A stretch of 64,000 bases of DNA, from the NCBI GenBank assembly GCA_001600815.1, contig BCKZ01000001.1, positions 1,036,613 to 1,100,612 of the forward strand. Direction: 5' to 3'. This document shows positions 1 through 9,330 of the stretch, piece after piece (within the stretch, counting starts at the first letter, position 1; each line of letters opens with the position of its first letter). The translations under genes and the position numbers were made by a program. This stretch comes from Alloascoidea hylecoeti (Eukaryota). The notes beneath the pieces were generated by a model. That model saw only the letters and a list, made by a program, of their open reading frames with translations. It was not told where the DNA came from and did not search any database.

Positions 1-188
1 GGTAAGACTCCAGTGATGTGTGTAGTGTCGGAGATTTAGTATGAATAAAATCTACTGACTGACCTGGTTCTTTCCTATTGATCCTGTGTAAGAGCATCCA
101 CCATTCTTTCCAGTCCTGTGTGAACCCGTTAAGAGGATAAAAATAATTCTTTGATTTTTAAAAATTAAAAACGAATTTCACAACTCGT

Positions 189-262
189 TGATTCGACCCA
201 GGATCGAACTGGGGACGTTCTGCGTGTTAAGCAGATGCCATAACCAACTAGACCATCGAACC
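189..262 (-). tRNA. tRNA-Val(AAC), intronless
   Basis: Reverse complement reads GGTTCGATGGTCTAGTTGGTTATGGCATCTGCTTAACACGCAGAACGTCCCCAGTTCGATCCTGGGTCGAATCA. It folds as a cloverleaf with anticodon stem TCTGC/GCAGA, anticodon AAC and T-loop TTCGATC. Confidence 0.97.
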
Positions 263-400
263 TTAATTATTTTTAAATAATTATTAATATTTCCTCAAGA
301 ATATCTCATCGAGCGGTGGTCCAAATATTAAATGAGATTGATTGGGGGATTCTAAGATCTAAAAACTTGAAAAAGTAAAAAATATCTAATAAAAAAAAAA

Positions 401-574
401 TTACTTTTAAGGTGGTCTAGGTTCATGAGAGAAGAAAGAAGAGTGGCAAGAATATACAAAAATAAGAAGAATAGAAAAAGAGGTTTTTATTTCACTATAT
501 ACAGTAGAGATTTCCTCAGTATTTACATAGTTTCTAGTTATATGACTTAATTATATGAAAAGTTAAAAAAAAAA
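401..574 (+). mobile_element. Short poly(A)-tailed repeat, copy 1 (candidate SINE or 3' end of a non-LTR retrotransposon), upstream of tRNA-Val
   Basis: Aligns by eye over its whole length with 12989..13183 (ACTTTTAAGGTGGTCTAGG...AAAAATAAGAAGAATAGAAA...GTAGAGATTTCCTCAG...TTACATAGTTTCTAGTTATAT...). It ends in an A10 run and is also preceded by an A10 run. Confidence 0.7.
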
Positions 575-696
575 TATAAGCTTATAAGTTTATATTTTTA
601 TACCAATCGTAGAGGGAACGGGTGTTGAATATTATATAAAAATCGGTCTCTGTACCAGAGAGACTCCTGTGTAAAAGATCTTATATTTTCTACCAG

Positions 697-940
697 GCGA
701 CATCACTCGAGTCCAATTCAGACTTCTCAGCATACCATATAACCTTATAGGAAACCTCAGGACCTCAATTATTTTCGGAGAAAACACTGAGAAGGATCTG
801 TTTAACTTCACAGAATTTTCTGAATGAATGGATGGCAAGCTGAAGTTGTGTGGGATGAATAAGAGCGTACGTGTTCGCAGGAGTGGCAGGGCAAGTCGTT
901 AAATGGTCCTGATTCCCCAAAAGTGGTGTATGCAGGTCAC
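697..940 (+). mobile_element. Degenerate Ty1/copia-like RT/RNase H fragment
   Basis: Interrupted + frames give ...NLIGNLRTSIIFG...TEFSE* and RAYVFAGVAGQVVKWS*..KSGVCRS. These resemble the copia YLKGT..GI.F / GFSDADW / GYVF..AG..ISW.S.KQ..VA.S series. Confidence 0.4.
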
Positions 941-1070
941 TGATGGTTCGTCGTATATTTAAAGACCCGCCGCCATTGTTATACATCCATATCAAATTGA
1001 GAACCAGCACCATATATTTCAGCTTGCGTCTCCACAACGCTGAACAACCTCCAGCTCAACTATAGCTAAT

Positions 1071-1937
1071 ATGAAGAAAGAAAGTAAACCATATGCTAAG
1101 GAACAGGAATTCGTTTCAATTGGTGAGCCAGTTCCAAAGTTTGACAGTTTCGAAGGATATGAATTTTCCAAGATTGGGACCCTGCCGCCATCATCACCCC
1201 TTCTCCCCGTAAATAACATTGACGGTTATATCCAGCCTGATAGCGCATTATACACCATTCTCTCAATGCCAAAACTAGTTATTTGTCGTAAATACAAAAC
1301 ATGGAAGAATAGCAAGCATTTTGATACATATTATATCACTGATGAATTTGGAAATCATCTGGGCTATATTATTGAAGATAGTACAACGGATGGGCCACGT
1401 TCCGAAAATATCCAGTTGGTAATGTTTGATATTTATGGAAATGAGTTGATGAAAATAAAACAGAAGTCCTCGAAGTTTCGATATCACTACCAGGCATTAA
1501 TAAATGATCCAGCAACTGATGAGGATGTAGAATTCGGTCGCACTGAAGGAAAAACAACTTTACTGAAAAAGAAGTTTGACCTAAGACAACAGTCGGTGGG
1601 GATAAAAGACCAATACAATCTATTTGCAAAGGTCCGTAAACTGTCTCGCGGAAAGGATTTTGTGGCAACAAATGGAGTTGGTGGCATTTACGCTGCAGTT
1701 ACCCACCAGTCTTTGGGTATTAAAAAGGAACTTCTGACTGATTCTGCTGTCTTCATTCTTCGCATGGACCCCAGTGTGCTTGGAGTAAATCTAGACAATT
1801 CAATCAAGAAATTCGTGGAAATTTCTATTGACCAAAGAGCAATTTTGCTAACTACAGTGATCGGCATTGATTTTGAATTTTATAACACTGAAAAATCTGT
1901 GACCAATGTTATCTATTCGTCAGCACCTATAATTTGA
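1071..1937 (+). CDS. Phospholipid scramblase (PLSCR/Aim25-like) family protein
   Basis: 288-aa ORF with C-terminal QRAILLTTVIGIDFEFY, matching the scramblase 'QRAvlLa.a..IDFdyF' motif. Also has LGYIIE and KELLTDSAVFILRMD blocks as in Aim25-like proteins. Confidence 0.75.
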   Translation: MKKESKPYAKEQEFVSIGEPVPKFDSFEGYEFSKIGTLPPSSPLLPVNNIDGYIQPDSALYTILSMPKLVICRKYKTWKNSKHFDTYYITDEFGNHLGYIIEDSTTDGPRSENIQLVMFDIYGNELMKIKQKSSKFRYHYQALINDPATDEDVEFGRTEGKTTLLKKKFDLRQQSVGIKDQYNLFAKVRKLSRGKDFVATNGVGGIYAAVTHQSLGIKKELLTDSAVFILRMDPSVLGVNLDNSIKKFVEISIDQRAILLTTVIGIDFEFYNTEKSVTNVIYSSAPII

Positions 1938-2728
1938 ATAGGATGTGGAACTCCTAAGTCAATTAACCTAGGAGACTAAAGAGACTTGGCTTTTTACGTC
2001 AACTTATTACCAAATATACTATTGTTGCTCACTGGAGGAAAGAAAACAAGTTCTTTAGAGGACAACTTTGTTGCTCAAATAAGCCGACCAAACTCTTTAA
2101 TTAGCAATATAGTCCTCCTCGCTGCTCTAGTCTCGTAAAGTATGTTGAAAATCTTAGTCTTCGTGGCCACCATTAAACAGTGCCATCATCGGTGTATGTA
2201 GACCATTGATTATCTCTTATGGTTAATGCACATCCTCTACTTTGGTGTGATTTCCTTATCTAATTATTAATTATAAAGCCTTATAATTATAAGTAGTTAA
2301 TTTTAATTGAAAATTTAGGAAAGGCTAAAGTATTTACTGACTAAGTACATGCTAAATATAACATAGGAAAACTTCCCAATACCTGCTAACTTATAACTCC
2401 CATTATCATAACTGTTTAATATTATAAACGTGATTATATATAGATATCATTAATGTTTTTCTTGATATAATAGCAATGTATTCTGAGATTAATGATGCAT
2501 ATTGACCAAAAGGGGCTGCATGCGTGGTTGGGCTCTTATAATAATTGCAAATCTAAACCACATATGGTTCACACTTCTAATATCTTCAATCACAAATCTC
2601 TGATATAAGCCGTTTAAATTCTACCATTACTTCAAATTTTTCCTATACTTAAGATATCACTCACTCTCGTTTCTTCAATATACAACTGCTCACTTCTTTT
2701 CATTCATTTGACGGATTGTATTGTTAAT

Positions 2729-4885
2729 ATGACCCGATCGCAAACAAACTCCTTTCTAGTTTTATTTCTCTTTATTTCATCTTTATTCATTTCTCTTGTA
2801 AAATCAACGCCAATTTCCCACTTGAAAATTCAAAATATTCAACAAAAAGCTCCTTATCGTATAAATGAGGTGGATAAATCTATAAATTATCCTGTAGAGC
2901 TAAACGCTCTTCATACCCCTACCCCCAAAATAAATGTCACTGATATTTACCAAGTTTCTTCTTACTTACCTGATTTGGGTAATCCTGTTTATTCACAGAA
3001 TGTGATGACCCACGTCTTCGGAAATTCTTATGGACAACCATTTATCGGTAAATACTCCTCCCCAGATCTCGATTACGACCACGTTTTAATCAAATTGGAA
3101 GCTTCAACATTCGGTATTCAATATGATAGATTGGCTCTATTATATTTGGATAACTTTGAGATTTGGAGAACTTCGACTGCAGAACCAGGAAATGATAATA
3201 TTACATTTAGTTACACAAAAGACGCTACAAGATATTTAAAATTATTCGAAGAAGCTTCGGAAATTACATTTGATTTGGGTAATATAGTCAATGATCAATA
3301 CACAGGTCCATTCACAGTTTCAATAACTTTTGAATATTATAAAGTTGGCGATAACAATATTAATGATGTTGATAGTATTCTGGAGTTACATCAATCAATC
3401 GTTCCTGCTAACAAGATCATCAAAATCACTGATAAGACAGTAGACTTACCAAATAATCCTATAAATGTACATATTGATCCATTACCATTAAATACAACTA
3501 AGGTAGTAGTTGATATCTTTGCATCTGGTGCTCATGATGAAGAATTCTGGTATTTTGGTGATTCAGCAACAAGCGCGGGTCGGTATATTGAATTGAGTGT
3601 TGATGGTGATCTAACTGGGGTCATTCTTCCCTTTTCAATACTTTATACTGGGGGGATATTTCCAAGTTTATGGCGCCCAATTGTAGGAATAAATACTTAT
3701 GATGTTCCTTCTTATCAAATTGATATTACACCGTTATTACCTATTCTATGGGAAAAAGGAGCTAACATCTCAATAAATGTTGCTAATGGATTTGATCACA
3801 AAGCGCCTCTTGGTCAATATTGGATTGTATCAGCTAACTTACTTAGCTGGGAATTACCTAATATTAAAGGATCCGGTGAAGTAATTAACAATGATAGTAA
3901 TAATAATACTTTTATCTTTAATAATCCTACTCACAATAATTTGACTATAATTGAATCCCTATTTTTTAATTCAACGGTATATACAACAGCTAAATTGTCC
4001 TTTACTGGTGGAATATTGTGGCCAGATTCTGAAACATTAATTCTAGAATCTTCAACAAATGTAGAATTTGATCATTTCTCATCTGACAGCAAAACGGTCA
4101 CCGAAATTGGTCAATTTTCATATGGTTCCTCTTTATTAACTAATCTTCCAGATGATGCAGCAAGTGAGACGTTTAATAGTTCTATACATGGAACTATTTC
4201 TGGCTATTCGTATTTATACCCTCTAGCCCTTAATTATTATTCACCTGACTTCATTCAAGGATCAAATGTTCCTTTAATCATTGACATATTAAGAGGTTAT
4301 GGTATCTATGATAATGACCATGTTCTTTGGACAAGACAAGATGCAACCATGAATGGTTCTGTTGCTTCATCTGGTAGAGCTCAAACTTTTGACATTGAAA
4401 CAGTTCAAACTCTAGAAGAATTATATTATGATTATTTCGTCGACACTACAACTAACTACACTTCTTACGACCATCATTCCTTAACCAAATCTTCTGTAAA
4501 CGCCACAAGACAAAGTCATTTAGATTCAAGTAATGGTTCAAGCTATGTGGGCGGATACACATTTCCCGATACCGGCTCAAATTATGCTCCTATCTCAGGG
4601 TTTGGATTAGAAGATGATCTTGTAATCATACTTAAAAATGGAGTTAATGAGTTATTATCTAACAAAGATAATATTGACGCTGCTATTTCTGTTATTAAAA
4701 ATACGTTATATAAGTTGGATGGACATTTTAATCCTCCGGCTTTTAAGCCTTTATCTCCTAATCTTTCTGCAATCCAATCTGATACGACTCAAAATGTTAA
4801 CATACCAATCACATTTGAAATAGAGAGCAATGAATGGACACTTGATAATTTATTTGATGGACTATTAGGTAGATTACCTTTTTAA
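2729..4885 (+). CDS. Secreted peptide:N-glycanase A (PNGase A-like amidase), paralogue 1
   Basis: ATG at 2729 followed by a hydrophobic signal peptide. Motifs FGNSYGQP, QYDRLA..EIWRTSTAEP, DEEFWY and YTGGIFPSLWRPIVGI are typical of acidic PNGase A. Confidence 0.88.
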   Translation: MTRSQTNSFLVLFLFISSLFISLVKSTPISHLKIQNIQQKAPYRINEVDKSINYPVELNALHTPTPKINVTDIYQVSSYLPDLGNPVYSQNVMTHVFGNSYGQPFIGKYSSPDLDYDHVLIKLEASTFGIQYDRLALLYLDNFEIWRTSTAEPGNDNITFSYTKDATRYLKLFEEASEITFDLGNIVNDQYTGPFTVSITFEYYKVGDNNINDVDSILELHQSIVPANKIIKITDKTVDLPNNPINVHIDPLPLNTTKVVVDIFASGAHDEEFWYFGDSATSAGRYIELSVDGDLTGVILPFSILYTGGIFPSLWRPIVGINTYDVPSYQIDITPLLPILWEKGANISINVANGFDHKAPLGQYWIVSANLLSWELPNIKGSGEVINNDSNNNTFIFNNPTHNNLTIIESLFFNSTVYTTAKLSFTGGILWPDSETLILESSTNVEFDHFSSDSKTVTEIGQFSYGSSLLTNLPDDAASETFNSSIHGTISGYSYLYPLALNYYSPDFIQGSNVPLIIDILRGYGIYDNDHVLWTRQDATMNGSVASSGRAQTFDIETVQTLEELYYDYFVDTTTNYTSYDHHSLTKSSVNATRQSHLDSSNGSSYVGGYTFPDTGSNYAPISGFGLEDDLVIILKNGVNELLSNKDNIDAAISVIKNTLYKLDGHFNPPAFKPLSPNLSAIQSDTTQNVNIPITFEIESNEWTLDNLFDGLLGRLPF
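2933..3864 (+). repeat. Left arm of ~930 bp near-identical inverted repeat (PNGase A core)
   Basis: Reverse complement of 6848..7779. I saw only about 3 mismatches by eye (2941, ~3055, ~3796), and similarity drops sharply on both sides. Confidence 0.95.
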
Positions 4886-5877
4886 AAATGTTTAACATTG
4901 ATCTTTCTCCTTTTATCTACCCATGAATCTAAATTTAATATTGCTATTGAAAATGAATTTAATTCAATTGCAATTGGCCTGGTTCAATTTCAGCCTATTA
5001 CTATATAAGGCAGATGATCAAGTTTTTACTGATTCGAAGATAAAACCTCAAGTTTATTATATAATATAAATCAAATTTAATAGTCTAGCTTAAATAGTTA
5101 TACTTTTAATAAAATGATGTATGAAAAAAAAACACAATTATAAGTTACTATACATGCTGTATATTTAAAAGATGCGTATAGCTTTTAATTAAATATACCG
5201 GTATATCATAATACTGATAGTTATGTAAGTAATAATTGTCATATTTTAAATTTTTAGAATTCAAATTGAACTCATTTAAGAAATCTTGGTGGACTTCATG
5301 TGCGATTACCTGCATTTAATAATAAAGCTTGAGAAAGCAGCAATATGGTAATTATAAACTTAAGGGGAAATTTTGAGGAGTAAGAATATATGAAACTATT
5401 AAGCCTACAGCCGATTTTTTGAATCGAAATTTCGATCCCTTTAATTAAATGTGATCTGGTGAACACATATAGAGTGTGCAAAGCAATTGACCACAACCAA
5501 AAACAGATCGGGAAAACACCGGCGCCTATTGTGAAAAACCTCTTTATCTGTTTAGAATATTATCTTATTTCTCCTGTTTTGTACTCAAATCTTTTCCTAT
5601 CTGTCATTAGAAGGGGTTTTATACTAGTTGCAGCAGTTGAAAACATGTATTTTTGAACTAGATCGATAACGGTACGTAGATAATAATTTACTTTAGTGGT
5701 GGAAAAATTAAAAGAAATTTGAATTATAATAGGAATAAGAGAAATATATATATATATATATTAATATGAGGGGTTTCATATTAAGTATTAATTACCCAAG
5801 TAGGCAGCAGTTTCTAGTAGAATTTTAAATCGTTTGTATATATTTATTTTGTTCTTTGGGGTATTTGAGGGCTTTCT

Positions 5878-8016
5878 TTACTTTTCTTCAACTTTAAAGT
5901 CAACATTAACCCATCTCTTCTTATTGATGGATAATTTTGAAGGAATAGAAGCTGAAGAAACGAATTTTCCAAGTAATTTATGTAGGGTCTCTCTGATTAT
6001 TGAATTTATAACTTCACTGTTATCTTTATTCGATACTAATCTGTTAGCTGCGCTTTTAAGTAATGTTGTCATTTCATCATCTATTCCAAATCCAGAAACC
6101 GGCATAAAATTTGAATAAGTCCTAGGGAATAAGAAATCTCCTTTTACAACTTCTGAATTATCATTTGAAACCAAACTATCAACACTTGTAGCGTTTATAC
6201 TCGATTTAGTTAAAGAGTGAAAATTATTGGATGTGTAGTTGGTGGTAATGTCAGCATATGAATCATAATATATTTCCTCTAAGTCTTGAACAGTTTTAAT
6301 TTCATACTTTGAAAGCCGCCCAGACCCTAAGATGGTGCCATCTGCGGTTGCATTTTGTCGTGTCCAGAGAATGCTTTTAGGGTCGTATATCCCATAACCT
6401 CTCAAAACGTCAATGGAAAGAGGAAGTTCTGATCCATTTATAGGGTTCGGCCAATAATAATTGAGTGCGAGGGGATATAAATAAGAATAGCCGGATATAG
6501 GCTTAACTACATGTGTAAATTTGTCGACTGTACATTTTGACATTATAGGTTTTAGGATGGATAATATAGAAGAACCTGATGAAAATTGGCCAATTTGTGC
6601 GCGTGAATCAAAATCCGAAGAAAAATGCCCGAACTCTAATTTAGTTGAAGATTCCAAAATCAATGTTTCCATGTCTAACAAAAGCATCTTGGTATCACTC
6701 TCATTATGGAACCATAATTGTGCTAATGTAGATACTGCTGAGTTGAAAAGCAAAGATTCGACTGCACTCAAATTATTGTTTTCCAGATTTGTAAAGATTT
6801 CTGTATTGTTCTTGTTGTTATGATCAAGAATCTTCCCTGATCCCTTGATATTAGGTAATTCCCAGCTAAGTAAGTTAGCTGATACAATCCAATATTGACC
6901 AAGAGGCGCTTTGTAATCAAATCCATTAGCAACATTTATTGAGATGTTAGCTCCTTTTTCCCATAGAATAGGTAATAACGGTGTAATATCAATTTGATAA
7001 GAAGGAACATCATAAGTATTTATTCCTACAATTGGGCGCCATAAACTTGGAAATATCCCCCCAGTATAAAGTATTGAAAAGGGAAGAATGACCCCAGTTA
7101 GATCACCATCAACACTCAATTCAATATACCGACCCGCGCTTGTTGCTGAATCACCAAAATACCAGAATTCTTCATCATGAGCACCAGATGCAAAGATATC
7201 AACTACTACCTTAGTTGTATTTAATGGTAATGGATCAATATGTACATTTATAGGATTATTTGGTAAGTCTACTGTCTTATCAGTGATTTTGATGATCTTG
7301 TTAGCAGGAACGATTGATTGATGTAACTCCAGAATACTATCAACATCATTAATATTGTTATCGCCAACTTTATAATATTCAAAAGTTATTGAAACTGTGA
7401 ATGGACCTGTGTATTGATCATTGACTATATTACCCAAATCAAATGTAATTTCCGAAGCTTCTTCGAATAATTTTAAATATCTTGTAGCGTCTTTTGTGTA
7501 ACTAAATGTAATATTATCATTTCCTGGTTCTGCAGTCGAAGTTCTCCAAATCTCAAAGTTATCCAAATATAATAGAGCCAATCTATCATATTGAATACCG
7601 AATGTTGAAGCTTCCAATTTGATTAAAACGTGGTCGTAATCGAGATCTGGGGAGGAATATTTACCGATAAATGGTTGTCCATAAGAATTTCCGAAGACGT
7701 GGGTCATCACATTCTGTGAATAAACAGGATTACCCAAATCAGGTAAGTAAGAAGAAACTTGGTAAATATCGGTGACATTCAATTCAGAAGTTTCTGACGA
7801 CGACGAACGATGATTAAGTTGTCTAGACCTCAGACAATTTCCAGATACATCTACAACACTTTTTGAATGTAACACGCCAGACCCAGGGTGTACCTGCTTA
7901 AGTTTTGGAAAAGTAACTGGTTTCGAACTAACAAAAGAAACCAAACAGAAGGAAATCAGAAGTAATAATTGGTAATTATAAGGCTTTACCCTAAAAATAT
8001 AACAAGAAGTAGACAT
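5878..8016 (-). CDS. Secreted PNGase A-like amidase, paralogue 2 (convergent with paralogue 1)
   Basis: 712-aa ORF with a signal peptide and the same PNGase A motifs. Its N-terminal ~78 aa and C-terminal ~320 aa are diverged from paralogue 1. Confidence 0.88.
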   Translation of the reverse strand: MSTSCYIFRVKPYNYQLLLLISFCLVSFVSSKPVTFPKLKQVHPGSGVLHSKSVVDVSGNCLRSRQLNHRSSSSETSELNVTDIYQVSSYLPDLGNPVYSQNVMTHVFGNSYGQPFIGKYSSPDLDYDHVLIKLEASTFGIQYDRLALLYLDNFEIWRTSTAEPGNDNITFSYTKDATRYLKLFEEASEITFDLGNIVNDQYTGPFTVSITFEYYKVGDNNINDVDSILELHQSIVPANKIIKITDKTVDLPNNPINVHIDPLPLNTTKVVVDIFASGAHDEEFWYFGDSATSAGRYIELSVDGDLTGVILPFSILYTGGIFPSLWRPIVGINTYDVPSYQIDITPLLPILWEKGANISINVANGFDYKAPLGQYWIVSANLLSWELPNIKGSGKILDHNNKNNTEIFTNLENNNLSAVESLLFNSAVSTLAQLWFHNESDTKMLLLDMETLILESSTKLEFGHFSSDFDSRAQIGQFSSGSSILSILKPIMSKCTVDKFTHVVKPISGYSYLYPLALNYYWPNPINGSELPLSIDVLRGYGIYDPKSILWTRQNATADGTILGSGRLSKYEIKTVQDLEEIYYDSYADITTNYTSNNFHSLTKSSINATSVDSLVSNDNSEVVKGDFLFPRTYSNFMPVSGFGIDDEMTTLLKSAANRLVSNKDNSEVINSIIRETLHKLLGKFVSSASIPSKLSINKKRWVNVDFKVEEK
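6848..7779 (-). repeat. Right arm of ~930 bp inverted repeat (PNGase A core)
   Basis: Encodes the same NVTDIYQV...WELPNI stretch as paralogue 1, with a single H/Y amino-acid difference. Confidence 0.95.
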
Positions 8017-9330
8017 GATATTTCAATCAATTGGTAGGCAGAAATTTTCAAAAAAGATCTGAGGATCTTATTATTCATAACACATACATCAAACCAAATT
8101 AAGGTTGTATAAGTCCTATTGTATAATAACATATACGAATTTACAACGAGTTTTAGTATTTAAATGTTATCTTCATGAGAATATGTTATCTAACTAAAAA
8201 TGGAAAGCCTAACTTTGCAATTGCTAGTTGATCCTAGATAAATAAAGTTTGGTCTAACAGTTTTATTGAACGTTTCTGGGTAGTTATCTTGTGTTGAAGG
8301 AGTGACTTCAAGACAACAGTATCTCTTTAGAATAAAAACTGTATAACCATGTGATATATGATATAAAACTAACCAAATTGACCTATATATTTTAAAGTTG
8401 GCTTAAAATCAATTATCCGCCAGCAAACAAACGCGCTAATTTAGAATTAGAATTCGCGAATATATCTATAATCTTGTAATACCGGAGAAAGTTTTGTTAT
8501 TTTGGGAGAAGGGGAATACTAAAAATCTGATGAAATCCACAGAAACAAAAGAAAGATTGACCTGACATTGTTTTGATATCCAACAAACAGAACTAGAGTT
8601 GATCAACATAATTCAAACCAAAGTGTCAATTAATTACTTATGACTAGATGAATAAGAATGATATTTCTTTCAAATATAAGAATCGTCACCTGAGATATCT
8701 AGCAATTCGTGACATTATACAATTTAATTCGCTGTCTGATTCACTTTTAGCTTTTAAATCAGTATATGACAAACTTAGTCATTTGCTTCATAATTGGAAT
8801 GATACATGTATCTATAGTTCGAATTCTCAATCCACAACCAATTATATTGTGAAATCACACGAATTAAACTTGGTGGATAGATTTATTAATTGAGTTACAA
8901 AGTGAATTGTTGTAAATATTCACGAACTACATGCAGATCTACTGTTAGTCTGAATCTCAGGCTATGATTTTATTTTATATTTCCACTACTTCTGCGTACC
9001 CATGTATAGGCCTATAAAGCTATAGTCTATTCTTTATATCAAACATAGACAAGATTAATATGCTATAACTTATACAATATATATAATATAGTATGAATTC
9101 TTTTTTTTAAAAAATAACAAACCAAAAAAAAAGTACAAAAGATGAAAAAAAAAATCAACCACTCTTCATAAATTTTTATCATTCAATCATAATCAATATC
9201 CATATAATTTATTCAAAAAAATATAACTAACTTTTTGTTCGTTTGTTTTTATATAATAATTTATTACTGTATTAGGTGAGGGTTCTAATTATCACCCTTG
9301 ATTTGATATTAAAACTAATATGACTTTTAA

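Noticed and set aside
10..67. CCAG-TGATGT...CTGA-CCTGG, resembling a box C/D snoRNA
   Set aside because: Box C is imperfect, the unit is only ~55 nt, and I recognised no rRNA guide.
130..143. 14-bp TAAGAGGATAAAAA also found at 12637-12650, downstream of both tRNAs
   Set aside because: Short, A-rich and at different distances from the tRNAs, so compatible with chance.
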